Below, piece by piece: positions 1-10,273 of a stretch of 64,000 nucleotides of DNA. Both the position numbers and the translations under genes were made by a program. The first letter of the stretch is position 1. Each line of letters opens with the position of its first letter. The DNA comes from Microcoleus sp. (lineage in GTDB: Bacteria > Cyanobacteriota > Cyanobacteriia > Cyanobacteriales > Microcoleaceae): assembly GCA_042408215.1 (NCBI GenBank), contig JAYFMW010000006.1:160001-224000 (forward strand), given 5' to 3'. The notes under the pieces are model-generated. The model was not told the origin of the DNA. It worked only from the letters and a program-made list of their open reading frames with translations, and made no database searches.

Positions 1-7
1 TAAATTT

Positions 8-1000
8 ATGAGTAATGATTCTGTTGGTAAGTCTGAGATCGATCGCAATGGCTTGGTGCTGCGGTGGCTGAGGGCGTTTTGGGAGTTTGCTCGGCCACAC
101 ACAATTATCGGTACTAGCTTGAGTGTTTTGGCTTTGTATGCGATCGCCGAAAGCAATTTTAGGTTGGCAAATCCTTTATTTTTGCCCTTGGCTTTTGCGT
201 GGCTGGCTTGCATTTGTGGTAATATTTATATTGTGGGATTGAATCAGTTAGAAGATGTTGAAATAGATAAAATTAATAAGCCTTATTTGCCGATCGCCTC
301 TGGAGAGTTTGAGCGGAAGACCGGAGAATTAATTGTTGCCACCACTGGTATTTTAGCATTTTTAACTGCTCTTTGTCAAGGGCCGTTTTTGCTGGCTACG
401 GTTGGGGTGAGTTTGGCGATCGGGACTGCTTATTCTCTGCCGCCAATGAGGCTGAAGCGGTTTCCTTTTTGGGCGGCGCTGTGCATTTTTACGGTGCGGG
501 GCGCTATTGTAAATTTGGGGTTATTTTTTCACTTTAATTGGGTGTTGGGTTTGGGAAGGGCGAAAAGTGTTTTTTCGGGCTGGGATTTGGAGAGTTTGTC
601 TTTGGCTATTCCTGGGGAAGTTTGGGTGCTGACGGTGTTTGTGGTGGTGTTTACGTTGGCGATCGCCATTTTTAAAGATATTCCTGACATGGAGGGCGAT
701 CGGCAATACAATATTACCACATTTACGCTAAAAATTGGTAAGCCAGCAGTCTTTGATTTATCTCGCTGGGTGTTGACGGTTTGCTATCTAGGCGTAACTT
801 TGGCGGGAGTGTTAATATTGCCAAATGTTAATTTAGGATTTCTGGCGGTTACTCATGTGGTGGCTTTGGGTTTGATGTGGTTTTGGAGCACGAAGGTTGA
901 TTTGGAGGATAAAATAGAGATAGCTCAGTTTTATCAGTTGATCTGGAAGTTGTTTTTTTTCGAGTATATCATTTTTCCAGCAGCTTGTCTGTTGGGATGA
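8..1000 (+). CDS. hpt: Homogentisate phytyltransferase (UbiA family, tocopherol synthesis)
   Basis: Motifs RPHTIIGT, YIVGLNQLEDVEIDKINKPYLPIASGE and IAIFKDIPDMEGD; multi-pass hydrophobic. Confidence 0.9.
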   Translation: MSNDSVGKSEIDRNGLVLRWLRAFWEFARPHTIIGTSLSVLALYAIAESNFRLANPLFLPLAFAWLACICGNIYIVGLNQLEDVEIDKINKPYLPIASGEFERKTGELIVATTGILAFLTALCQGPFLLATVGVSLAIGTAYSLPPMRLKRFPFWAALCIFTVRGAIVNLGLFFHFNWVLGLGRAKSVFSGWDLESLSLAIPGEVWVLTVFVVVFTLAIAIFKDIPDMEGDRQYNITTFTLKIGKPAVFDLSRWVLTVCYLGVTLAGVLILPNVNLGFLAVTHVVALGLMWFWSTKVDLEDKIEIAQFYQLIWKLFFFEYIIFPAACLLG

Positions 1001-1054
1001 AGGAAGGCAATACACGGATTTTGACACGGATACACGGATTAATTAAAGATAGCT

Positions 1055-4000
1055 ATGGCTTCTCAAAATAAATCACGAAAATTTGTCAGTGAATTGAGTG
1101 CGGAAGACTCTTTGAAAAGAGCTTGGGAATATCACCAAGCGGGGCGTTTGTCAGAAGCTGAAAGTCTATATAGGCAAATAATAGAAGTGCAGCCGGAGTC
1201 TGCTAATGTGCTGTGTTTGTTGGGAATAGCTGCGAGACAGCAGGGGAAAATTGCCGAGGCGATCGCCTTTTATGAACAAGCGATCGCCCACAAGCCGGAT
1301 TTGGTGGAAGCGCATTTGAATAAGGCTCATGTTTTGCTGGATATTGGCGAAAATCAAAGGGCGATCGCCTGTTACGAACAAGTCATCAAACTTGCTCCAA
1401 ATTCCGCACTAGCACACAATAATTTGGGCTGGCTCAAACAGCAGCTAGGCGAGACAGATGCGGCAATTTTCTACTACCAAACAGCGCTGCAACTAGACCC
1501 CAGCCTGCTCGAAACTTACCATAATTTAGCGAATCTATTCAAAGCAAAAGGTCAATTTAACGAGGCGATCGCCTCTTACCGAAACGCTTTACAAATTAAT
1601 CCCAACTTAACAAATACTCTCATCGCTTTGGGAACAGTATTGCAACAGCAAGGTCAATTAATCGCAGCCCTAAACTGTTACCAGCAAGCAGTTAATCTCG
1701 ATCCAAATAATGCCGAGGCTCTTAACAATGTCGGAGCATTATACCACGAACAAGGTCATACACAAGCAGCAATATCGCATTACCAACAAGCATTAAATTT
1801 AAAACCAGATTTCCTAGATGCGATTAATAATCTCGGACACGCTTTTGTCGATCTAGGACAATTTCAATCAGCACTTTCCTGTCACTATCGAGCCTTGGAA
1901 TTGCAGCCAGAAAACAGCACAGCACATTTGGAATTTGCCCTCACTTTGTTATTGTTCGGAGATTTCCGGCGCGGTTTCGCTGAATATGAATGGCGGTGGC
2001 GCACTTCCCAACTACAACCCAGACAATTTGCACAACCAGTTTGGGATGGTTCAAGTTTACAGGGAAAAACTATTTTACTACACGTTGAGCAAGGTTTGGG
2101 TGACTCGATTCAGTTTATTCGTTACGCGCCGATTCTGTCGAGTCAAGGGGCGAAAGTGATTGTGGCTTGCTATCCAGAATTGATGCGGTTATTTGGAACA
2201 GTTGCTGGTGTTGAATATTTGTCAGTTAGTTTTGAGAATTTGCCGGCCTTTGATGTTCACGCACCGCTGATGAGTTTGCCCTATATTTTGGGGACAACTT
2301 TGGAAACAATCCCGGCCAATATTCCTTATTTGGCTCCGCCTGCTGAGTGCAAGTTTGCACTTTCTTCTGATGCTAAATTGAAGGTAGGAATTGTTTGGGC
2401 GGGAAATCCAAAACGCCGAAAAGATGCTCAACGCTCTTGCAATTTGAGCGATCTTATGCAATTTTTAGATGTGCCTGGAATCGCTTTTTACAGTTTACAA
2501 AAAAACTTGTCCGATGGCGATCGCACTTTATTACATCAACACCTAATCCCGGATTTGAGCCCCCATCTGAATGACTTTGCTGATACGGCTTCTGCTATCT
2601 CTCAACTGGATTTAGTCATCAGCGTCGATACCGCTGTTGCACATTTGGCTGGTGCTTTGGGAAAACCGGTTTGGGTGCTGCTTTCTTTTGCTCCTGACTG
2701 GCGTTGGCTGTTAGATAGAGAAGACAATCCTTGGTATCCGACGGCGAGACTGTTTCGCCAAACTCAGCCGGATGCTTGGGAAGAATTATTTGAGGAAGTG
2801 AAAGCGGCTTTGAGTTTATTGGTTGCTACTAATATAGAAGCACAATTGCAGCAAGCAGAATCCTTAATGGAAATCGGCGATCGAGAAGAGGCGATCGCCC
2901 TTTACGAACAAATCATATCTCTTGCGCCAAATTGCGTTCAAGCCAGAATTAATTTAGGTTTTCTCCAGCAAGAAAAGGGAGAATTAGATGCAGCCATCCC
3001 GCACTACAGGGAAGCTTGGAAAATTGACCCCAATATTCCTCAAACAGCTTACAACTTAGCCAAAGTTTTTGAGGAAAAAGGTCAATCAAAAGAGGCTATC
3101 GAACATTACAAACAAGCTCTTGTCGCACAACCAGATTTCGTACCTGCACTGATCAATTTGGCCGTGGCGCTACAAGAAAATGGCGAACTTTTAGAGGCGA
3201 TAAACCTCTATCGGCGAGCGCTGGAAGTTCAACCCAATAGCTGGGAAGCTTTAAACAATCTGGGAACCGTATTGCAAGAACAGGGCCATTTAGAAGATGC
3301 GCTCGAATATTACCACAAAGCTCTAGAATTGCTGCCGGATTTTGTCGAAGCTATCAACAATTTAGGTCGGACTTTTCTCGAAAAAGGCGCGGTAGAAGAT
3401 GCGATCGCCTGTTATCGACGAGTGATATCTTTGAGTCCCGAACACGCTAGCGCTCACCTGAATTTGTCCCTGGCTTTGCTGTTAGTGGGAGAATTAGAAA
3501 ATGGTTTTGCTGAATACGAATGGCGGTGGAAAATCAAAGAATTTCACACTGGTCATTCCTGTTTCTTGACGGGGCCGGATAATACAGTTTCGGCGAGAGA
3601 ATACCGACCGCTTTGGGATGGTTCAGATTTGCAAGGAAAGACGATTTTACTCCACGCTGAACAAGGTTTGGGCGATTCTATTCAGTTTGTGCGCTATGCT
3701 GCGATCGTCAAAAATAAAGGTGGTAAGGTAATTGTGGGCTGTTATCCGCAATTAAATCGCTTGTTTTCCACAGTTGATGGCATAGATTTATTAATAGTTA
3801 AAGGCGAACCAATCCCGGAATTTGATGTGCAATCGCCCATGTTAAGTTTGCCGCATATTCTCGGTACAACTCGGTCAACAATACCGGCAAATACTGCTTA
3901 TTTAACAGCGCCTGCGGATTGTCAATTTGCCCTTTTGCCCGATCGCAAATTCAAAGTCGGAATTGTTTGGGCGGGGAATCCCAAACATCGCAAGAATATG

Positions 4001-7000
4001 CAGCGTTCTTGCAGTTTGAGCGCATTTATCCCACTTTTGGACGTTTCGGGGGTGAGTTTTTATAGCTTGCAGAAAGAGCTTTCAGAGGCCGATCGCGCGT
4101 TGTTACATCAAACGTCGATCGTCGATTTGAGTCCGCATTTTGGGGATTTTGCTGATACTGCGGCTGCGATCGCCCAACTGGATTTAGTGATTACCGTCGA
4201 TACCGCTGTTGCCCATTTGGCGGGCGCTTTGGGCAAACCGGTGTGGATTTTGCTGGCGTTTTCCCCCGATTGGCGCTGGCTTTTGGAGCGAGAAGATACT
4301 CCTTGGTATCCGACGGCGCGACTGTTTCGTCAGTCGATAAGGGGCGACTGGGAGGGCGTTTTCGAGCGGGTGGCGCAGGCTCTTGGGAGCGCGGTTTCCC
4401 AGGAGTGCGCCCAGGCTGATGAGGCGGATGCAGCATTGATCCGGGGGCGAGATTTGCAGCAGCAGGGCGAGTTGCGAGGTGCGATCGAATGCTACGAACG
4501 GGCGATCGCGATCGCTCCCAATTACGCGATCGCATACAGCAATCTGGGCGTTGTCAAACAACAAATCGGCTTGCTCCCAGAGGCGATCGCATACTACCGC
4601 CAAGCCCTAGCCATTGAGCCGAATTTGGCGGAAACTCTCAGCAATTTGGGGAGTGCTCTGGCGGATGCAGGGGAAACAGCAGAGGCGATCGCAGTCTACG
4701 ATCGCGCTCTGAGTTTAAACCCCAATTGCGCCGAAGCTTGGATTAATTTGGGGCTGGCGCGGGAAAATCAAGGGGATTTAGCGGAGGCTATAAACTGCTA
4801 CCTGAAAGGGATTCAGCTTAATCCAAATTCTGCCGAAGCTTACTTGAATTTGGGCATTGCTTTGGAAAAACAGGGGGACAAGGAAGGGGAAGCGAGGGAG
4901 TTTTACGAACAGGCGATCGCAAATTATGAACGGGCGATCGCAATTCACCCTAATTATTTGGAAGCCTTGCAAAACCTAGCATACGCTGCAATCCGACAGG
5001 GAAAAATTGCCGATGCGATCGCCTATTACGAGCGAGCGACTGCACTGCAACCGGATTTAGCCGCAACTCTGATTGGTTTGGGGAGCTCGCTACAACAGCA
5101 AGGAAAGTTAGATGAGGCTCTAGCCGTTTGTCAGCAAGCGATTCAGAAATTGCCCGCTAATGCTGAGGCTCACTGTAATCTGGGAATTGTGTTTCACAAA
5201 CAGGGAAAAATTGCCAATGCGATCGCCTGCTATCAGCAAGCTTTGAGCCGGAAACCAGACTTTCCAGCAGCTTTGAACAATCTCGGTAAGGCTTTTGAGG
5301 AAGAGGGAAAAATGGCGGATGCGATGGATTGTTACCATCGGGCGATCGAACTTCAACCTAATAATATTAATTCCTGCAATGGTTTGGGAAATGCTTTACA
5401 GCAACGGGGAGAATTTGCCGATGCTGTCGCCTGTTATAGTCAAGGAGTTGAGTTCAATAGGACTCACCCGGAAGCTCACTTAAATCTCGCTTTAGCTTTG
5501 CTGCTAGTGGGAGATTTTGAACGCGGTTTTTCCGAGTACGAATGGCGGCTGCTGGTTCAAGAAAAACAGTTTCCAACTAATAATTTTATGCAGCCGCTTT
5601 GGGATGGCAAAGATTTGGATGGAAAAACTATTTTGCTGTGCCCAGAACAGGGTTTAGGCGATGCGATTCAGTTTATCCGCTACGCAGATTTAGTTAAGCA
5701 AAAAGGCGGCCAAGTAATTGTTTGGTGTCAGCCCCATTTACAGCGCTTATTTGAACAGGTTTCGGGCATCGATCGATTAATAGTTAGTCCAGAATCAGCG
5801 CCGGATTTTGATGTGCGCGCCCAATTAATGAGTTTGCCGCATCTTTTGGGCACAACTTTAGCAACTATACCCGCCCAGGTTCCCTATTTAGCACCGCCAC
5901 CAGGCCTAGAATTTACTCTTCATGCAACTTCCAATTTAAAAGTAGGAATTGTCTGGTCTGGAAATCCTAACAATTCACAAAATAACCTGCGTTCATTTCC
6001 GTTGAATTCCTTGCTCAAACTGTTAGATATTCCGGGAGTAGAATTTTACAGTTTACAAAAGGAAATCTCAGAGGAAGAAGCTACTTTATTAGAGCAAATG
6101 TCAATCGCAGATTTAAGTCCTTATTTGCATGATTTTGCTCATACAGCGGCGGCCATTTCGGCTCTGGATTTAGTGATTTCTATGGATACTTCTGTGGCGC
6201 ATTTGGCTGGTGCTTTGGGTAAAACCGTGTGGATTTTGCTCTGTTTTACCCCCGATTGGCGCTGGATGTTGGAGGGGGAAGAGAGTCCTTGGTATCCGAC
6301 GGCGAGGTTGTTTCGACAGGAGAAATCGGGGGATTGGGAAGGTGTTTTTGAGCGGCTGGCTTTGGCGCTGAAAGCCAAGATTTGCGAGCATCAGCCAGAG
6401 GAGATGATCGTCGGAAATCAGCCGAATTTAGAGTTGGCTCAAAAACAGTTTAATCGGGGAAATATTCTGAAATCGCAAGGAAAATTTTCGGAGGCGATCG
6501 CCTATTTTAAAAATGCTTTAGTTTATCAGCCAGATTTGCTCGAAGCTGCAACTAATTTGGCGGTGACGTTGCACCAAATAGGCGATTTTACCGAGGCTGC
6601 AACATATTATTTGCGATCGATCCAAATCGATCCAAACTCCGCTCCAGCGCACAATAACCTGGGCATTTTGCGACAAGCTCAGGGGAATATCGCTGAGGCT
6701 GTATCTTGTTTTCAAAAGGCGATCGCCCTGAATCCACTCTATGTCAAAGCTCTTAACAATCTCGGCGCAATCCTCCAGCAGCAGGGGGAATTGCCAAGTG
6801 CGATCGCTTATTTTCAGCAAGCGCTTTCTGCCACGTCAAATTGCGTACCCGCCCTGATAAATTTGGGCGTGGCGATGGAAGCAAAATGTCAGCCAGAAGA
6901 GGCTAAACGCTTTTATCAACAGTGCATTGAACTAGAACCTGACAACCCGAAAGGATACTATTATTTAGGTACTTTGTGCTTAAAAATACACGAATTAGAA

Positions 7001-10000
7001 CAGGCAATTTCTCACTTAGAAACAGCCTTAGTTTTGCATCCTGATTCTGTGGAAGACTTGAATAATTTAGGCAGTGCTTTGGAAGGAATTGGCGACATCC
7101 CCAGAGCAATTTCCTGTTATAATCAAGCCTTGACTATCGATGCAAAATGTGGTAAAGTTCATTTCAATTTAGCCTTAGCATTGCTATTGAGTGGAGACTT
7201 GCCGCGCGGTTTTGCCGAGTACGAATGGCGATGGGAAACAGATCAGGCAAAAAAATTGCAGTGGTTTCATTTAGCACAGCCAGTTTGGGATGGTTCTGAC
7301 TTGAATGGAAAAACTATTTTGCTCCGCTGCGAACAAGGTTTGGGCGATGCAATTCAGTTTGTACGCTACGCGCCAATTGTCCAGCAAAAAGGTGGCAAAG
7401 TAGTTGTTTCTTGCTATCAAGAACTCAAGCGTTTATTTAAAGCAATTCCTGGGATTGAACAAGTCGCAGTTAGAGTAGAGGAGTTGCCGGAATTTCACTT
7501 GCAAGCACCGCTGATGAGTTTGCCATATATTTTGGGGACAAATTTAGAAAATATCCCGGCAAATATTCCTTATTTGTCACCTCCTGCTGGCTGGAATTTT
7601 TCCCTGGATTCAAATCATAATTTAAAAATAGGGATAGTTTGGGCGGGAAGTTCGGAACATTTGAAGGATTTTATGCGATCGACTGATTTAAGCTATTTTC
7701 TGAAATTGTTAGATATTCCAGGGGTAAGTTTTTACAGTCTTCAGAAAGAAATTTCGGCTGGCGAGCGCACTTTGTTAAATCAAATTCCAGTCACAGATTT
7801 AAGCGACAATTTAAACGATTTTGCCGATACCGCAGCGGTGATATCGCAATTGGATTTAGTAATTTGTGTCGATACCGCTGTCGCCCACTTAGTCGGTGCT
7901 TTGGGAAAACCAGTCTGGATTTTGCTATCTTTTGTACCCGATTGGCGGTGGATGTTGGAGAGAGAAGACAGCCCTTGGTATCCGACGGCGCGCCTGTTTC
8001 GCCAGCAAAAACCGGGCGATTGGGAGGGAGTATTCGATCGCCTAAAAACAGCCTTGCAAGAGATGGCCCGCACGCACCTTCCACAAGACAGGGCGGGCCT
8101 GGGGGCACAAGACAGGGCGGGCACGGGGGCACAAGACAGGGCGGGCCTGGGGGCACAAGACAGGGCGGGCCTGGGGGCACAAGACAGGGCGGGCACGGGG
8201 GCACAAGAGAGGGCCCCCACGCACCTTCCACAAGACAGGGCGGGCACGGGGGCACAAGACAGGGCGGGCACGGGGGCACAAGACAGGGCGGGCCTGGGGG
8301 CACAAGACAGGGCGGGCCTGGGGGCACAAGACAGGGCGGGCCTGGGGGCACAAGACAGGGCGGGCCTGGGGGCACAAGACAGGGCGGGCCTGGGGGCACA
8401 AGACAGGGCGGGCCTGGGGGCACAAGACAGGGCGGGCCTGGGGGCACAAGACAGGGCGGGCCTGGGGGCACAAGACAGGGCGGGCACGGGGGCACAAGAC
8501 AGGGCGGGCACGGGGGCACCGCCCCTACAGTCTAATTTATTATCACCAGCGCAGGTAGAATTTCACATAGCAAATGCCCTCAAAAAACAGGGTAAAAAAG
8601 AAGCAGCGATCGCCCGATACGAACAAGTAATTACTATTCATCCTCAGCACGCAGAAGCCCATAGTTATTTAGGCTATCTCAAACAACAAAATGGGCTAAT
8701 ATCAGAGGCAATTTCCCATTATCAACAAGCGTTAGAAATTAATCCCAATCAGGGTGAAACTAACTTATACTTAGGTTGCGCTCTCGAAGAACAGGGAAAA
8801 GTTGCAGAGGCGATCGACTATTACGATCGAGCAATTCAACAATCTTCAGACTCACCGAATACTCATTTTAGACTAGCCTTAGCCTTGCTCTTAACCGGCA
8901 ATTTCCCGCGCGGTTTTGCTGAGTATGAATGGCGCTGGAAAACTCAAGAATTGGAACCCAGATATTTCGCCCAACCGCTTTGGGATGGTGCTGATTTGCA
9001 GGGAAAAACAATTCTGTTGCATCCCGAACAAGGTTTAGGTGACACCATTCATTTTATCCGTTATGCAGCTTTAGTTAAACAAAAAGGTGGCAAAGTTATT
9101 GTTGCTTGTCATCAATCACTGAAGCGTTTGTTTGAAGGAGTTGCAGGGATAGATCATGTAGTATCAAGACCGAAGGATTTGCCGGATTTTCAAGTACAAT
9201 CGCCGCTGATGAGTTTGCCACGAATTCTGGGTACAACTTGGGAAAATCTACCCGTTAATATTCCTTATTTAGCTCCTCCCCAGAATGCTAAATTTTTGAT
9301 ACAATCCAGTAATCAACTAAAAGTTGGGATTGTTTGGGCGGGCGGCCCGCTGCACCGAAAAAATAATGATAGATCGTGTAAATTGACCAATTTTATGCAA
9401 TTCTTAGATATTCCGGGAGCAAGTTTTTATAGCCTTCAGAAAGATTTGTCACCGGGCGATCGCAGTTTATTAAATCAACAGCAAATATCAGATTTAAGCC
9501 AAGAGTTAGGAGATTTTGCGGACACCGCAGCCATTATTTCCCAACTGGATTTAGTAATTTGTGTAGATACTGCTGTCGCGCACTTAGCCGGTGCTTTAGG
9601 AAAACCAGTCTGGATTTTGCTATCTTTTGTACCCGATTGGCGGTGGATGTTGGAGCGTGAAGATAGCCCTTGGTATCCCACTGTGCGCTTGTTTAGGCAA
9701 CAAAAAGCCGGTGATTGGGAGGGAGTGTGCGATCGCATAAAAACAGCCCTACAAGACACAGTAAGCACGGGAATACAAGAGAGGGCGGGCACGGGGGCAC
9801 AAGAGAGGGCGGGCACGGGGGCACAAGAGAGGGCGGGCACGGGAATACAAGACACAGTAAGCACGGGAATACAAGACACAGTAAGCACGGGAATACAAGA
9901 CAGGGCGGGCACGGGGGCACCGCCCCTACAGTCTACTTATTATCAGGATCAGCCTCAAATTCAACCCCCAGAAACTCCCCCAAAAATAACAGGAATTGGC

Positions 10001-10219
10001 ATCACATGGCCAGTCAGCGTCACCAGCGGCTGGGGAATTTACGGCATCAATTTAACACTGCAACTGCTGCGAAATCCCGCCTGGGAAGTTGCACTTTTAG
10101 CACCACCTTCCATCTCAGAAATTAATCAATCCGCTGCACAAAGCGCTGTTATTACCCTTAGTAGAAAAACAGAAACAGTTTCAGGAATTAGTCAGCCGCC
10201 AATTCAGACAAACAGATAA
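1055..10219 (+). CDS. Giant TPR-repeat protein with five GT-B (GT9-like) glycosyltransferase modules; probably continues into 10274..11170
   Basis: Five copies of GF(A/S)EYEWR...EQGLGD.IQF.RY...GIVW(A/S)G...DLVI..DT..AHL.GALGK..W...DWRW...PWYPT.RLFRQ, each preceded by TPR arrays. Confidence 0.9.
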   Translation: MASQNKSRKFVSELSAEDSLKRAWEYHQAGRLSEAESLYRQIIEVQPESANVLCLLGIAARQQGKIAEAIAFYEQAIAHKPDLVEAHLNKAHVLLDIGENQRAIACYEQVIKLAPNSALAHNNLGWLKQQLGETDAAIFYYQTALQLDPSLLETYHNLANLFKAKGQFNEAIASYRNALQINPNLTNTLIALGTVLQQQGQLIAALNCYQQAVNLDPNNAEALNNVGALYHEQGHTQAAISHYQQALNLKPDFLDAINNLGHAFVDLGQFQSALSCHYRALELQPENSTAHLEFALTLLLFGDFRRGFAEYEWRWRTSQLQPRQFAQPVWDGSSLQGKTILLHVEQGLGDSIQFIRYAPILSSQGAKVIVACYPELMRLFGTVAGVEYLSVSFENLPAFDVHAPLMSLPYILGTTLETIPANIPYLAPPAECKFALSSDAKLKVGIVWAGNPKRRKDAQRSCNLSDLMQFLDVPGIAFYSLQKNLSDGDRTLLHQHLIPDLSPHLNDFADTASAISQLDLVISVDTAVAHLAGALGKPVWVLLSFAPDWRWLLDREDNPWYPTARLFRQTQPDAWEELFEEVKAALSLLVATNIEAQLQQAESLMEIGDREEAIALYEQIISLAPNCVQARINLGFLQQEKGELDAAIPHYREAWKIDPNIPQTAYNLAKVFEEKGQSKEAIEHYKQALVAQPDFVPALINLAVALQENGELLEAINLYRRALEVQPNSWEALNNLGTVLQEQGHLEDALEYYHKALELLPDFVEAINNLGRTFLEKGAVEDAIACYRRVISLSPEHASAHLNLSLALLLVGELENGFAEYEWRWKIKEFHTGHSCFLTGPDNTVSAREYRPLWDGSDLQGKTILLHAEQGLGDSIQFVRYAAIVKNKGGKVIVGCYPQLNRLFSTVDGIDLLIVKGEPIPEFDVQSPMLSLPHILGTTRSTIPANTAYLTAPADCQFALLPDRKFKVGIVWAGNPKHRKNMQRSCSLSAFIPLLDVSGVSFYSLQKELSEADRALLHQTSIVDLSPHFGDFADTAAAIAQLDLVITVDTAVAHLAGALGKPVWILLAFSPDWRWLLEREDTPWYPTARLFRQSIRGDWEGVFERVAQALGSAVSQECAQADEADAALIRGRDLQQQGELRGAIECYERAIAIAPNYAIAYSNLGVVKQQIGLLPEAIAYYRQALAIEPNLAETLSNLGSALADAGETAEAIAVYDRALSLNPNCAEAWINLGLARENQGDLAEAINCYLKGIQLNPNSAEAYLNLGIALEKQGDKEGEAREFYEQAIANYERAIAIHPNYLEALQNLAYAAIRQGKIADAIAYYERATALQPDLAATLIGLGSSLQQQGKLDEALAVCQQAIQKLPANAEAHCNLGIVFHKQGKIANAIACYQQALSRKPDFPAALNNLGKAFEEEGKMADAMDCYHRAIELQPNNINSCNGLGNALQQRGEFADAVACYSQGVEFNRTHPEAHLNLALALLLVGDFERGFSEYEWRLLVQEKQFPTNNFMQPLWDGKDLDGKTILLCPEQGLGDAIQFIRYADLVKQKGGQVIVWCQPHLQRLFEQVSGIDRLIVSPESAPDFDVRAQLMSLPHLLGTTLATIPAQVPYLAPPPGLEFTLHATSNLKVGIVWSGNPNNSQNNLRSFPLNSLLKLLDIPGVEFYSLQKEISEEEATLLEQMSIADLSPYLHDFAHTAAAISALDLVISMDTSVAHLAGALGKTVWILLCFTPDWRWMLEGEESPWYPTARLFRQEKSGDWEGVFERLALALKAKICEHQPEEMIVGNQPNLELAQKQFNRGNILKSQGKFSEAIAYFKNALVYQPDLLEAATNLAVTLHQIGDFTEAATYYLRSIQIDPNSAPAHNNLGILRQAQGNIAEAVSCFQKAIALNPLYVKALNNLGAILQQQGELPSAIAYFQQALSATSNCVPALINLGVAMEAKCQPEEAKRFYQQCIELEPDNPKGYYYLGTLCLKIHELEQAISHLETALVLHPDSVEDLNNLGSALEGIGDIPRAISCYNQALTIDAKCGKVHFNLALALLLSGDLPRGFAEYEWRWETDQAKKLQWFHLAQPVWDGSDLNGKTILLRCEQGLGDAIQFVRYAPIVQQKGGKVVVSCYQELKRLFKAIPGIEQVAVRVEELPEFHLQAPLMSLPYILGTNLENIPANIPYLSPPAGWNFSLDSNHNLKIGIVWAGSSEHLKDFMRSTDLSYFLKLLDIPGVSFYSLQKEISAGERTLLNQIPVTDLSDNLNDFADTAAVISQLDLVICVDTAVAHLVGALGKPVWILLSFVPDWRWMLEREDSPWYPTARLFRQQKPGDWEGVFDRLKTALQEMARTHLPQDRAGLGAQDRAGTGAQDRAGLGAQDRAGLGAQDRAGTGAQERAPTHLPQDRAGTGAQDRAGTGAQDRAGLGAQDRAGLGAQDRAGLGAQDRAGLGAQDRAGLGAQDRAGLGAQDRAGLGAQDRAGLGAQDRAGTGAQDRAGTGAPPLQSNLLSPAQVEFHIANALKKQGKKEAAIARYEQVITIHPQHAEAHSYLGYLKQQNGLISEAISHYQQALEINPNQGETNLYLGCALEEQGKVAEAIDYYDRAIQQSSDSPNTHFRLALALLLTGNFPRGFAEYEWRWKTQELEPRYFAQPLWDGADLQGKTILLHPEQGLGDTIHFIRYAALVKQKGGKVIVACHQSLKRLFEGVAGIDHVVSRPKDLPDFQVQSPLMSLPRILGTTWENLPVNIPYLAPPQNAKFLIQSSNQLKVGIVWAGGPLHRKNNDRSCKLTNFMQFLDIPGASFYSLQKDLSPGDRSLLNQQQISDLSQELGDFADTAAIISQLDLVICVDTAVAHLAGALGKPVWILLSFVPDWRWMLEREDSPWYPTVRLFRQQKAGDWEGVCDRIKTALQDTVSTGIQERAGTGAQERAGTGAQERAGTGIQDTVSTGIQDTVSTGIQDRAGTGAPPLQSTYYQDQPQIQPPETPPKITGIGITWPVSVTSGWGIYGINLTLQLLRNPAWEVALLAPPSISEINQSAAQSAVITLSRKTETVSGISQPPIQTNR
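8084..8528 (+). repeat. In-frame 24-bp tandem array (17 QDRAG(L/T)GA units plus one variant) ending in a REP-like CCGCCCCTAC
   Basis: Unit CAAGACAGGGCGGGC(CT/AC)GGGGGCA read directly. Confidence 0.95.
9752..9929 (+). repeat. Second in-frame 24-bp tandem array (7 units; QDTVSTGI and QERAGTGA variants)
   Basis: Same unit family and same terminal CCGCCCCTACAGTCTA as the 8084 array. Confidence 0.95.
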
Positions 10220-10273
10220 ATTGCAACTTTCCCAGCACTTTACGCCCTCGGCAATAATTTAGTATCATCTGGT

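Noticed and set aside
7780..8535. Alternative-frame and antisense ORFs (PALSCA, PPCLVPP, TRQGG repeats)
   Set aside because: Stop-free by-products of the tandem repeat
8084..9929. 24-bp arrays as a CRISPR array
   Set aside because: Units are contiguous with no unique spacers, lie in frame inside a CDS, and no cas genes are present
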